Source: SAR86 cluster bacterium AG-313-N18
Lineage (GTDB): Bacteria; Pseudomonadota; Gammaproteobacteria; Magnimaribacterales; D2472
Assembly (NCBI GenBank): GCA_003283765.1
Contig: QBVY01000003.1
Location: forward strand, 12,183-76,182
Length of the DNA stretch: 64,000 nt
Reading direction: 5' to 3'
Shown in pieces: positions 1 through 15,883 of the stretch (the stretch's first letter is position 1; each line of letters begins with the position of its first letter). The notes below the pieces were generated by a model. The model did no database searches. It had not been told where the DNA came from and saw only the letters and a list, made by a program, of their open reading frames with translations. The position numbers were made by a program, and so were the translations under genes.

Positions 1-231
1 TTGGAAGTTGCTGTAACTGGCTATGATGATGAGATTTTAGGAGAAAAAGTTGGAGTTGTAGCTGTGGTTGCAGAAGGTGAGACTATATCTTTAGACGAAA
101 TAATAGAGTTTCTAAGAGACCAACAGATTGCAAAGTATAAAATGCCAGAGGATTTAAGACTGATCGATGCTTTACCAAAAAACCCTGTTGGTAAAGTTTT
201 AAGACGAGAGTTAAAAGATTTATTTAACTAG
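1..231 (+). CDS. Acyl-CoA synthetase / AMP-dependent ligase, C-terminal fragment (5' end outside window)
   Basis: Only the last 76 aa are in the window. The tail ...KMPEDLRLIDALPKNPVGKVLRRELK matches the conserved C-terminal Lys region of adenylate-forming ligases. Confidence 0.65.
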   Translation: MEVAVTGYDDEILGEKVGVVAVVAEGETISLDEIIEFLRDQQIAKYKMPEDLRLIDALPKNPVGKVLRRELKDLFN

Positions 232-1463
232 GTAGTTCCAACAACAAAGCTTACAACTGTTGTAGCGCTTCCACCAATATTTAAAGTTGAAATATTTTTT
301 GCATTTTCAATTTGGTACTCACCTGCATGATCTGTACATTGTTTGTAGCAATCAAGCAGCATTCTCACACCCGTTGCGCCTACTGGATGTCCTAAGCCAA
401 TAAGTCCACCGCTTGCATTGATCGGTATTCTGCCGCCAATCTCTATTTCGCCTGATTCAATAGCTTTCCAGCTCTCTCCAGGTTTTGTAATGCCAAAATG
501 ATCAATTGCCATATATTCAGTTGATGTAAAGCAATCATGAGTCTCAATACCATCTATATCATCTACACCTTGCATCCTAGCTCTTGCAAATGCATCATCA
601 ATGGCTTTTTTTACATGTGGAAAAATGAAGTCTTTATTTTGACTAAAATCGATTTTTTCTTGATACGTTATGGGGCCTGTTTGATGGCCCCAGCCTTTGA
701 TATAAGGAATAGACTTAATATTTATTGATCTTGCTTTTGCATATTCTCTAGCTTTTTTTTCACTCGCTAAGAAAATTATAGCGGCGCCATCAGTTACTTG
801 ACCGCAATCCATCTTTCTGGTCCTACCCTCAATTACAGGATTAGAATGATCTGATCTTGTAAAAGTATCCGATTCAAAAGTCCATCCTCGCGTTTGTGAA
901 TTTGGATTTTTTTTAGCATTACCAAAATTTATCTCTGATATTTTTGAAAGATGATCTTCATTAATGCCATATCTTTTATCATATTCATTTGTCAGCTCAC
1001 TAAACATATGTGGCCAAGGGTACTGAACGCCCTGGCATTCAAAACCTGATCGCATTGCAGGGCCCCCAATATTTTGTGCTGCTTGCTCTCCTGGAACATT
1101 CCTCATTTGCTCAATGCCTAAGACTGCGGCTAGCTCATATCTACCCGATTCAATTTCAGCACAAGCAGCCAAAGTTGCAATACTGCCAGAAGCACATGCG
1201 GCCTCATGTCGTGAAGAGGGCAGCCCAAAAAAGTCAGGGTGCGAGGAAACAAAAAAACCACCTAAATGGCCTTGATTGCAAAATAATTCAGCGGTGAAAT
1301 TACCAACATGAGCAACATCAATATCTTTTGGCTCTAAATCAACAGAGGACAATCCTAGCGTAATTGTATTCTCGAATACATCCAAAAGGTCGAGTTCATT
1401 TCTGTGCCAGTTCTGAGCAAAGTCAGATTGATAGCCCCCTAGAATGTAGACGCGTTCTTGCAT
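228..1463 (-). CDS. SCP2-type (nonspecific lipid-transfer protein-like) thiolase
   Basis: 411 aa. Nucleophile Cys in HEAACASGS. The HDCF motif (GIETHDCFTS) is typical of SCP2-thiolases. GLGHPVGATGVRM His motif present. The stop overlaps the ligase stop by 4 nt. Confidence 0.75.
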   Translation of the reverse strand: MQERVYILGGYQSDFAQNWHRNELDLLDVFENTITLGLSSVDLEPKDIDVAHVGNFTAELFCNQGHLGGFFVSSHPDFFGLPSSRHEAACASGSIATLAACAEIESGRYELAAVLGIEQMRNVPGEQAAQNIGGPAMRSGFECQGVQYPWPHMFSELTNEYDKRYGINEDHLSKISEINFGNAKKNPNSQTRGWTFESDTFTRSDHSNPVIEGRTRKMDCGQVTDGAAIIFLASEKKAREYAKARSINIKSIPYIKGWGHQTGPITYQEKIDFSQNKDFIFPHVKKAIDDAFARARMQGVDDIDGIETHDCFTSTEYMAIDHFGITKPGESWKAIESGEIEIGGRIPINASGGLIGLGHPVGATGVRMLLDCYKQCTDHAGEYQIENAKNISTLNIGGSATTVVSFVVGTT

Positions 1464-1567
1464 TCATTAATTATATGCATGATTCTCTAACATTCAAAAG
1501 AAAAAACCCGAGTGAGAAATAATACAAAACTTGTAATAAACTTAAATTTAGATTTTTATTAGATCCG

Positions 1568-2470
1568 ATGCAAAATTATAAGTTAATTGATGAATTACGA
1601 TTGCCTGTAATCGTTGCTCCGATGTTCTTGGTTTCTGGACCAGATTTAGTAATCGCCAGCAGCAATGCAGGATTGATTGGCTCTTTCCCAGGACCAAATG
1701 CAAGAACTGCTGAGGAGCTTGAAGATTGGATGCATCAAATCAATAACGCTACTTCAAATCCTTGGGCATTTAATATGATCACCCATAAGACCTATGATAG
1801 GTTTTCAGAGGAATTGGACTTAATTAAAAAGTTCCAACCAAAAATTGTAATCACTGCCTTAGGCAGTCCTGAAAGAGTGATAGAGGCTGTGCATGGATAT
1901 GGAGGTAAGGTAATTGCAGATGTTAATAATATTAATTTTGCACGTCGTTGTGCAGAGATGGCTGTTGATGGCATGGCTCTTATTTGCCATGGAGCGGGAG
2001 GCCACACTGGGCACCTTTCCCCATTTTCATTTAGTGCTTATGTAAGAGAGTTCTTTGATGGTCTAATCGTTTTAGCGGGCTCAATTTCTACTGGGCAGCA
2101 TATTAAAGCAGCTCAATTATTAAGTGCAGATCTATGCTATATGGGTACAAGGTTCATTTCAGCCCAAGAAAGTAACGCAGTTGATGAATATAAATCTATG
2201 ATCATTAATTCAACATATGATGATTTGAGAATGACGAATCTATTCACTGGTGCCCAAGCTTATTATTTAAAAGATAGCATTATTAAAAATAATTTAGATC
2301 CAGATAACCTGGACTCTAATACAGAGGGTTTTAATGTTTCAGCCTCGCAGGACAAAATCAAAGCTTGGAAAGATATTTGGTCAGCCGGACAGGGCGTTGG
2401 TTTAATTAAAGATATAGAAAGCGTAGAATCTATAGTAGAAGAACTTGAATCTGAGTTCCTTCAGGGGTAG
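1568..2470 (+). CDS. Nitronate monooxygenase / 2-nitropropane dioxygenase family FMN oxidoreductase (enoyl-reductase-like)
   Basis: 300 aa. N-terminal LPVIVAPMFLVSGPDL and HGAGGHTGH motifs are typical of the NMO/FabK-like TIM-barrel family. Confidence 0.7.
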   Translation: MQNYKLIDELRLPVIVAPMFLVSGPDLVIASSNAGLIGSFPGPNARTAEELEDWMHQINNATSNPWAFNMITHKTYDRFSEELDLIKKFQPKIVITALGSPERVIEAVHGYGGKVIADVNNINFARRCAEMAVDGMALICHGAGGHTGHLSPFSFSAYVREFFDGLIVLAGSISTGQHIKAAQLLSADLCYMGTRFISAQESNAVDEYKSMIINSTYDDLRMTNLFTGAQAYYLKDSIIKNNLDPDNLDSNTEGFNVSASQDKIKAWKDIWSAGQGVGLIKDIESVESIVEELESEFLQG

Positions 2471-2473
2471 AGA

Positions 2474-3931
2474 ATGGAAATTAAAAAAACAAATACCATT
2501 AAATCATCACTAAAAACTCATGATCATCCGTATTTAAAGGATGCATGGATACCTAATTATGATGAATATGAGGTTAATGATTTAAAAGCACTTGGCGACA
2601 TTCCTGAGGACATAGAAGGGGCTTACTATAGAAATACTGAAAATCAAGTGCATGAACCTATTGGACGCTTTCATCCCTTTGATGGAGATGCAATGATTCA
2701 TTCAATTAACTTTGATAATGGAAAAGCTAACTATATTAATAAATTTGTAAAGACAGAAGGCTTTTTAGTCGAGCAAGAAATGGGAAAGTCAATGTGGGCT
2801 GGCTTGATGGAAAGAACAGGCTCATCAAAATTACCGGGCTGGGGAGCTCAAGGCGGTATCAAGGATTCATCTTCGACAGATATCATAGTTCATGCTGGCG
2901 AACCTCTTACAACCTTCTATCAATGCGGGGAAGGATATCAACTAAATCCTTATACACTTGATACAGATCGAAAAGCATCATGGGTTCCGGCTGGAGGCGT
3001 ATCAGCACATCCAAAAGTCGATCTTACGACAGGCGAGTTACTTTTTTTTAATTATTCAAAGCAATCTCCATATTTAAATTATGGTGTTGTTGATAAAAAT
3101 CAAAACTTAAAACATTTTGTTCCAATTGAACTTCCAGGACCAAGACTTCCTCATGACATGGCCTTTAGCAAAAACTATTCAATCATTAACGATCTTCCTC
3201 TTTTTTGGGATCAAGAGATGCTCAAGAAAGGAATTCATGCCACAAGATTACATGACTTGCCCTCAAGATTTGCAGTTTTTCCAAGATATGGGAATCCCGA
3301 AGACATTAAATGGTTTGAAGCCGATCCAACTTATGTCCTTCATTGGAACAATGCATATGAGGTAGGCGATGAATTAATTCTGGAGGGATACTTCCAAGAA
3401 CATCCTTGGCCAGAAAATTATGTCGATGCACCACCAGGACTTGAGCGTATGATGGCTTTTTTAGATTTTTCGCTTTTAAAACCAAGACTGCATAGATGGA
3501 AATTTAATTTAAAAACTGGAACAACAACTGAAGAAGACATTTGTAACGAAACAATTGAGTTTGGTGTCATTAATCAACACATTGCAGGTTTGGAGCACAG
3601 ATACACGTACAGCATGGTTCCAACTAAGGGGCACTTTACTTTTGATGGGATCACCAAACACGATCATCAAAAAAAATCTTTAACTAAATATATTTTTCCA
3701 GAACATATCTTTATTAGTGAAGTTAGCTTTGCACCTAAAACAAATGGAATTGATGAAGATGATGGATATTTAGTAACTATTAGTAATGATGTCAGAGAAA
3801 AGAGCTCATCGTGTTTATTGTTTGATGCAAAGAATATTGAGCAGGGGCCAGTTTGCGATATTCCATTACCACATCAAATTTGTTCTGGCACCCATGCAAC
3901 CTGGGCTCAAAGAAGTGACTTAAAATCGTAA
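2474..3931 (+). CDS. Carotenoid oxygenase family (carotenoid/apocarotenoid or stilbene cleavage dioxygenase, RPE65 superfamily)
   Basis: 485 aa. HPFDGDAMIHS motif present. All four iron-ligand His contexts are present: SAHPKVD, LPHDMAFS, YVLHWNNAYE, GTHATWA. Starts 3 nt after the previous stop. Confidence 0.85.
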   Translation: MEIKKTNTIKSSLKTHDHPYLKDAWIPNYDEYEVNDLKALGDIPEDIEGAYYRNTENQVHEPIGRFHPFDGDAMIHSINFDNGKANYINKFVKTEGFLVEQEMGKSMWAGLMERTGSSKLPGWGAQGGIKDSSSTDIIVHAGEPLTTFYQCGEGYQLNPYTLDTDRKASWVPAGGVSAHPKVDLTTGELLFFNYSKQSPYLNYGVVDKNQNLKHFVPIELPGPRLPHDMAFSKNYSIINDLPLFWDQEMLKKGIHATRLHDLPSRFAVFPRYGNPEDIKWFEADPTYVLHWNNAYEVGDELILEGYFQEHPWPENYVDAPPGLERMMAFLDFSLLKPRLHRWKFNLKTGTTTEEDICNETIEFGVINQHIAGLEHRYTYSMVPTKGHFTFDGITKHDHQKKSLTKYIFPEHIFISEVSFAPKTNGIDEDDGYLVTISNDVREKSSSCLLFDAKNIEQGPVCDIPLPHQICSGTHATWAQRSDLKS

Positions 3932-3935
3932 ATAT

Positions 3936-5135
3936 ATGAATCCTGTTTATATTGTTGATTCAATAAGAACGCCCAGAGCTCGAGCAAATCAAAAAGGCGG
4001 ACTCAATAAGCTCAATCCATATGAATTATTAGATTTTTTGTATAAGGATATTGAGTCTAAAAATTTCTTCAATTTAAAATCTATCGATGAAGTGATATTG
4101 GGTTGTGTCACTCAATTTGGGGAGCAAGCTGGCAATATTGCAAAAGCTTCTTCTTTATTTTCTGGCTATCCAGATTCAATTTCTGGCCTAACTATAAATA
4201 GGTTTTGTTCCTCAAGCTTGGATGCAATAAATTTCGCTTGTTTGAAAGTTCAATCTCAGCAAGCAAATAATGTGATTGCTGGTGGAGTGGAAATGATGTC
4301 CAGGGTACCAATGCTTTCTGATGAAGCGGCAATTTGGAATGACTTAGAGATCGCCGGAAGAGCAAAAATTTTTTTAATGGGCAGTGGAGCGGATCTGATT
4401 GCCAGTCTTTTTGATATTTCTAGAGAAGATGTAGATAAACAAGCTCTAAAATCTCAGCAAAAGGCATTAAATGCTCTAAAAAATAATTATTTTAAGTCAA
4501 TAATTCCAGTTACGAGTAAGAATAAATTAATTCACTGTGTTGAGGATGAATGCATTAGGCCCGATACAACCCTAGAAAGCTTGGCTTCATTAGAGCCTAG
4601 TTTTAAGAAGCTAGGAGAGCAGGGAGCAGACCAAGCTCAATTAAATCTTTTTCGTAACCTAAAAGAGATCTCTCATGTGCATACAGCAGGTAACTCTCCA
4701 GCAATGGCAGATGCTGCATCTATGACTCTTCTTTCAAATAAAAAAATCCAGGAAAATGGACATAGAGCTAGAGCAAAAATTATTTCTGTTGCCACTGTAA
4801 ATGATGACCCTTTATTAGTTTTATCAGGCTGCATCTTAGCTACGCAAAAAATACTTTCACAAAATAATTTAAAAGTATCTGATGTAGATTTATTTGAAAT
4901 ACATGAAGCTTTTGCCTCGACCATGATTCATTGTCAGAAAGAGTTAAAAATAGATGATGCAAAGCTAAACGTTAATGGTGGCTGTATAGCTCTCGGTCAT
5001 CCCATGGGAGCTACTGGCTCAATTATGATGTCAACACTAGTTGATGAGCTCGAAAGACGAGATCTTGCAACTGGAATTGTTGCAACCAGCGGTGCGGCTG
5101 GAGCTGGAACAGCTATTTTAATTGAGAGGATATAA
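3936..5135 (+). CDS. Thiolase-family acetyl-CoA acyltransferase paralog, atypical (C-terminal catalytic Cys replaced)
   Basis: 399 aa. NRFCSSSLDA nucleophile Cys, HEAFAS and GCIALGHPMGATG motifs present. The usual C-terminal C-x-G-G-G motif reads ATSGAAGAG (Ser instead of Cys). Confidence 0.8.
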   Translation: MNPVYIVDSIRTPRARANQKGGLNKLNPYELLDFLYKDIESKNFFNLKSIDEVILGCVTQFGEQAGNIAKASSLFSGYPDSISGLTINRFCSSSLDAINFACLKVQSQQANNVIAGGVEMMSRVPMLSDEAAIWNDLEIAGRAKIFLMGSGADLIASLFDISREDVDKQALKSQQKALNALKNNYFKSIIPVTSKNKLIHCVEDECIRPDTTLESLASLEPSFKKLGEQGADQAQLNLFRNLKEISHVHTAGNSPAMADAASMTLLSNKKIQENGHRARAKIISVATVNDDPLLVLSGCILATQKILSQNNLKVSDVDLFEIHEAFASTMIHCQKELKIDDAKLNVNGGCIALGHPMGATGSIMMSTLVDELERRDLATGIVATSGAAGAGTAILIERI

Positions 5136-5164
5136 AAAAAGCCCCACTAGAAAGTGAGGCTTTT
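5134..5164. terminator. Candidate bidirectional rho-independent terminator between convergent thiolase and TonB-dependent receptor genes
   Basis: AAAAAAAGCCCCACT-agaa-AGTGAGGCTTTT forms a GC-containing hairpin with one C/A mismatch. It is flanked by an A-run on one side and a T-run on the other. Confidence 0.45.
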
Positions 5165-5184
5165 AGAATATCTATTCAAATAGA

Positions 5185-7473
5185 TTAAAAATTATAATCT
5201 AACTTAATGGCTATATTTTTTGGTCTAGCATAAATGGCATCATAGGCTATTCCATCTAGCGCTCCACCTGACGCAAGTCTGACAAATGTTCTTGCGAGTG
5301 GAATAGTTCCACCAACAACTTTAATTCGTTCGTCAGTTAAGTTGTCACCAATCAACGACACTCTCCATTTACCATCTGAGCTAGTTAATCCAAGAACTAA
5401 TCCAACTTTTGAATAGCCGCCTTCTTTGATGTTCTTATCAAGGTTGGTCGTAATGAAGTACTCTGAAGAATAATCAACATTTAAGTTAGCATCAAAAACC
5501 CAGTTATTTGATAAAGTAGTATCATACGCAAAGCCAGCATTTGCTGTATCTTCAGGAGCAAGAATGACACTAGCACCAGATCTATCACAGTAAATACCAT
5601 TTGTTGGAGCCTCACCATATGCACACTGACTATTTTTCCAATCAGTAAATTCGTATGTCAAACTAGCCATTGATGCATAAAACTCTAAGTCATCTGTAAT
5701 AAGATACCTACCTTGCATTTCAAAACCATCCAACTCTGCTGCTGAAGCATTTCCCACTTTAAAGCCTAACACACCATCAAAAACACTGGTTTGCAGGTCT
5801 TCATACTCAGTTGTGAAATAGGTGAAATCAAATGAAGCTCTGTCTGATTTCATTTTATAACCCCATTCAATATTTGTAGCATTTTCTTCTTCAAACTCGA
5901 ACCCACCTTCACTTGAAACTAATGGTGTGCCTGGTATGGAATTACCTCGAATATCAAAACCACCGGCTTTAGATCCTTGTGTGTATGAAACATACATTTG
6001 GGAGTTATCAGATAGGTCATAGCTTAGTCGAACCATTGGATCAAATGAGTTTTCGCTTCTGCTGGCAGCAATGCTGTGAGGACCAACATTCAAAACTCCA
6101 GCCCATAAAGCAGGAAGTAGAGGAGAGCCATCAAGAGCTGTCCCTTTTCCATTTAAGGTTAAAGATCGACTTCCGTCTTTGTCTTCACTAGAGTATCTTG
6201 CTCCAAGCGTTAAGCTCCAATTACCCTCTAAATTAATATCGGCTTGACCAAAAACAGAATACATATCTGAAGATTGTGCATACAGCCTATCCCAATTTGT
6301 TCCTACTAATAAGGATACCGGAGGTCCTGCAAGCGCAAGGAATGATCCCAATGGAACATAATCAGTGACATCAACATCAGCTGTTTGGAAGTAAGCTCCA
6401 ATAATGTAGTCAACATCTTCTCCACCAGGAGAGGTATACCTAATTTCTTGTGACCATTGATCATACTTTTCTGTTTGGTTTGTACCATCTAGGATTTCTA
6501 AACCAACATAGTCAACATCTAACACTTCATATGAATCATATTCAACATGACCGGTAATTGAGGTTAGGGTTCCGCCACCGTCCATTGGATAGTTGGCAGT
6601 CAGCACAAAGTTATCCATTGTATTTTGGCTAAAAGTTTCCCCACTTGATCTAACCCAGTTTTCGGTTGTTTCAACTGCAATAGGTCCACGAAAAACAAGA
6701 CCATAGCCATCTTGTGGCGCTAGAGCTTCCATGGCGTAACCCACAGAATCAAAATCTGCTGTTTCAACTTTAAGATTGTAGTCAACATCTCCAGATGACC
6801 ATGCAAGTTGTCCCCTGATGTATGTCTCATCTCTTTGTGGCTCAAGTCTTTTCATGTTTGTGTTTGTAATCCAACCATCCATTTCTCTTGTAGAAACAGT
6901 TAATCTTCCAAGAACACTCTCTGATAGAGCACCAGATAACACTAAAAGTGATTGATCTTCACCATGTTCAGATTCATGAGATGTAGAAAACTTACCTTCA
7001 AATTCTTCAGTTGGTTTCGCTGAAGTAACACTTACAGCTCCACCAATTGCATTCTTGCCAAATAGGGTAGGCTGAGGACCTCGTAAAACTTCTACACGCT
7101 CCAAATCAACAAGCGGAGTTCTTGCTAATTGACTACGAGGGTAAACAATTCCATCAAAATTTATTGGAACAGATTGCTCAAAGCCTTTGTTAGCACCTGA
7201 TCTAACTCCACGAATAGAAATTGAAGTATCAATTTGCGTTTCAACCACCATAAAGTTCGGTACAGAAGCTGAAAGCGTTTGAAGGCTATCAATACTTCTT
7301 TCATCAATATCTTCCCCAGCAATGGCTGAGACTGAAATTGGAACATCTTGAAGGCTCTGCTCTCTAATTTGAGCTGTAACTACAACCTCTTCAAGAACTT
7401 GTGTAAAGGCCAAAGGCGCCCAAGTGAATAAAATGGCTGCAAAGACCACATTAAAAAAACGTTTACTAAACAT
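5185..7473 (-). CDS. TonB-dependent outer-membrane receptor
   Basis: 762 aa. Signal peptide, then a plug region (LEEVVVTAQIREQSLQDVPISVSAI, RVEVLRGPQPTLFGKNAIGG). Beta-barrel-like repeats follow and the C-terminus ends in aromatic ...KLDYNF. SD AAGGGG lies 5 nt upstream of the ATG. Confidence 0.85.
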   Translation of the reverse strand: MFSKRFFNVVFAAILFTWAPLAFTQVLEEVVVTAQIREQSLQDVPISVSAIAGEDIDERSIDSLQTLSASVPNFMVVETQIDTSISIRGVRSGANKGFEQSVPINFDGIVYPRSQLARTPLVDLERVEVLRGPQPTLFGKNAIGGAVSVTSAKPTEEFEGKFSTSHESEHGEDQSLLVLSGALSESVLGRLTVSTREMDGWITNTNMKRLEPQRDETYIRGQLAWSSGDVDYNLKVETADFDSVGYAMEALAPQDGYGLVFRGPIAVETTENWVRSSGETFSQNTMDNFVLTANYPMDGGGTLTSITGHVEYDSYEVLDVDYVGLEILDGTNQTEKYDQWSQEIRYTSPGGEDVDYIIGAYFQTADVDVTDYVPLGSFLALAGPPVSLLVGTNWDRLYAQSSDMYSVFGQADINLEGNWSLTLGARYSSEDKDGSRSLTLNGKGTALDGSPLLPALWAGVLNVGPHSIAASRSENSFDPMVRLSYDLSDNSQMYVSYTQGSKAGGFDIRGNSIPGTPLVSSEGGFEFEEENATNIEWGYKMKSDRASFDFTYFTTEYEDLQTSVFDGVLGFKVGNASAAELDGFEMQGRYLITDDLEFYASMASLTYEFTDWKNSQCAYGEAPTNGIYCDRSGASVILAPEDTANAGFAYDTTLSNNWVFDANLNVDYSSEYFITTNLDKNIKEGGYSKVGLVLGLTSSDGKWRVSLIGDNLTDERIKVVGGTIPLARTFVRLASGGALDGIAYDAIYARPKNIAIKLDYNF

Positions 7474-7499
7474 ATATCCCCTTAAATATAAAAAATTAC

Positions 7500-7518
7500 C
7501 ATAATGATAACTAAAATG
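7500..7518. promoter_or_regulatory. Weak Fur-box-like sequence upstream of the TonB-dependent receptor
   Basis: cATAATGATAActAaaATg matches GATAATGATAATCATTATC at 13 of 19 positions by my count. It lies 27-45 nt upstream of the receptor ATG. The AT-rich background makes this weak. Confidence 0.2.
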
Positions 7519-7590
7519 AATGTTTATGACTATTTTTTTACTTGTAGGTAAAAAAATTTTACAATTGTGAAAAACTTTATTAATAAAAAG

Positions 7591-8622
7591 CTATTGTCTT
7601 ATAGCATCAACCATTACTTGAACTTTGTTGGGATCAATATCGGGGGTTATGCCATGACCAAGATTAAAAATAAATCCCGGATACTCTTTCATAATATTAC
7701 AAATTCTTTGAGTTGCTTCCCAGATTGATTCATCAGACTTCAGCAATACTTTAGGGTCAAGATTACCTTGTATGGCGTATTGATCTTTAAAATTTTTAGA
7801 TATGCTCTCAATGTCTTCTTGCCAATAAAGACTGACACATGTTATTTCCTTAAAAACTATGTCTTCAAGTTTTTTGTTTGGAGACTTTTCAAATAAGATG
7901 ATTGGAATATCGGCTGTTACTGGATCTTCTTTTAATAACTTACAAAGCATTCGAGTGTATTTTAAAGAAAATGTTTCCAAATTATCACCTGATAATAAAT
8001 CCGCCCATGAATCAAAAATTTGAATTGCATTCACGCCACTCATGACCTGCTGTCTTAAGTATTCAAAACATGCCTTGCTGAGAATTTCTAGAAAATTTTG
8101 AAGTTCCTTTGGATGTTCTCTCATAAAAGCATGAGTTTTATGGAAATCTTTTGAGCCTCCACCCTCAATTGAATATGCTGCTAAAGTCCATGGGCTGCCA
8201 CAAAAACCAATTAGAGGTGTATCTTGTGGTAATTGATTCTTAGTTTCCTCAACTGCTTTGAATACATAATTCAAATTATTTATATCAAATGGTAATAATT
8301 TTTGTATGTCTTGGGGAGATGATATCGGGTTGCTAAATTTTGGTCCTTCTCCTTCATGGAAAGCAAGGCCGAGATTTAATGCATCAGGAATTGTTAGGAT
8401 ATCGGAAAAAAGAATAGAAGCATCTAGACCAAACCTATCGATTGGCTGCAATGCGAGTTCAGCACATGTTCTAGGCTGTTTACACATATCTAAAAAATTA
8501 GTGTAATTTTTTCTAATTTTTTGATATTCCGGCAGGTATCTGCCTGCTTGTCTCATAAACCATACTGGTGGAATTGAATTTGCTTGGAGATTAAGCGCCT
8601 TTATGAATTTAGAATTTTTCAT
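7591..8622 (-). CDS. hemE: Uroporphyrinogen decarboxylase
   Basis: 343 aa. PVWFMRQAGRYLPEY signature and full-length HemE-like sequence. The start abuts the gltD stop (0-nt gap). Confidence 0.9.
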   Translation of the reverse strand: MKNSKFIKALNLQANSIPPVWFMRQAGRYLPEYQKIRKNYTNFLDMCKQPRTCAELALQPIDRFGLDASILFSDILTIPDALNLGLAFHEGEGPKFSNPISSPQDIQKLLPFDINNLNYVFKAVEETKNQLPQDTPLIGFCGSPWTLAAYSIEGGGSKDFHKTHAFMREHPKELQNFLEILSKACFEYLRQQVMSGVNAIQIFDSWADLLSGDNLETFSLKYTRMLCKLLKEDPVTADIPIILFEKSPNKKLEDIVFKEITCVSLYWQEDIESISKNFKDQYAIQGNLDPKVLLKSDESIWEATQRICNIMKEYPGFIFNLGHGITPDIDPNKVQVMVDAIRQ

Positions 8623-14808
<6,186 letters not shown>

Positions 14809-14809
14809 T

Positions 14810-15883
14810 TTAATCTTGCAGGCCTTTCTGTAGATTCTTCGCATCAAATGCATTTGTCACTACTGCATTTGATAATTTATTGAGCAAGATAAGATTTAAT
14901 TTCCCTGCTTTAATTTTTTTATCTCTAAATATGTATGGTTTTAATTCTCTGTATTTATATTGGTCAACAGATAAATCAAATTCGTACTTTTGCAATAAAG
15001 CAATAACTTCCTTGTATTCTTTTTCAGAAATAAGATTTTCTAAATAGGAAATTTTAGAAGCTATTTTCATTCCTTTGGCAACAGCTTCTCCGTGAAGGAT
15101 TTTTTTATATTTACCATGTGCTTCAATGGCATGCCCAAAAGTATGTCCAAAATTTAAAATTGCACGAATACCATTTTCCTTCTCATCCTTGGTCACAATC
15201 TTTGCTTTGGTTTGAAGAGATAGAAAAATTATCTCCTCAATAATTATTTGATCCTTTGATAATATTTTCTTAGGATATTTTTTAAGCAATGAAAAAAGAG
15301 CTTTATTTTGAATGAAGGCATATTTAATTACCTCTGCTAATCCAGCTTTGAGCTGTTTGTTCGGAAGTGAGTAAAGTACATTTGTATCAATAATGACGCC
15401 TTTTGGGTTATAAAATGCACCAACAAGATTCTTACCCGATAAAATATTAATTGCAGTCTTCCCACCCACAGAAGAATCAACCTGAGCAAGAAGCGTTGTC
15501 GGTATTTGTATAAATTGAATGCCCCTCAGGTATGAGCTGGCAACAAAACCCGAGATATCTCCAACCACTCCGCCACCAACAGCCACTATTAGATCCGTTC
15601 TATCGAAATTATTATCTGCTAAAAAATTAAGTATTTTTTGAAAGTTTTGAACAGATTTAGCCTGTTCTCCATGCTGGAGGATTATTTGAAAAACTTTAGT
15701 TGATGGTTTGCAAACAGCAGTAACTTCCCTAACTATCTTTGAAGGCACTCCATCATCTGAAATGAGAAGAGTCTTATTATGGTTTTTAAGAAGAGGGGCA
15801 AGATTTTTTTTAGAAATAGCATTTTTGCTAATCACTATCCTGTACTTACTTTTTCTTTGACCTGCAAATAGCTCTTTAGCCAT
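14810..15883 (-). CDS. aroB: 3-dehydroquinate synthase
   Basis: 357 aa. GGGVVGDISGF, KTAINIL and HTFGHAIE motifs present. Its start overlaps the 3' end of aroK by 8 nt. Confidence 0.9.
   Translation of the reverse strand: MAKELFAGQRKSKYRIVISKNAISKKNLAPLLKNHNKTLLISDDGVPSKIVREVTAVCKPSTKVFQIILQHGEQAKSVQNFQKILNFLADNNFDRTDLIVAVGGGVVGDISGFVASSYLRGIQFIQIPTTLLAQVDSSVGGKTAINILSGKNLVGAFYNPKGVIIDTNVLYSLPNKQLKAGLAEVIKYAFIQNKALFSLLKKYPKKILSKDQIIIEEIIFLSLQTKAKIVTKDEKENGIRAILNFGHTFGHAIEAHGKYKKILHGEAVAKGMKIASKISYLENLISEKEYKEVIALLQKYEFDLSVDQYKYRELKPYIFRDKKIKAGKLNLILLNKLSNAVVTNAFDAKNLQKGLQD

Noticed and set aside
7533-7556. Hairpin TTTTTTTAC-ttgtag-GTAAAAAAA downstream of hemE, as a possible terminator.
   Set aside because: The stem is almost entirely A:T and so has very low stability. 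It is made of homopolymer runs that are common in this genome.
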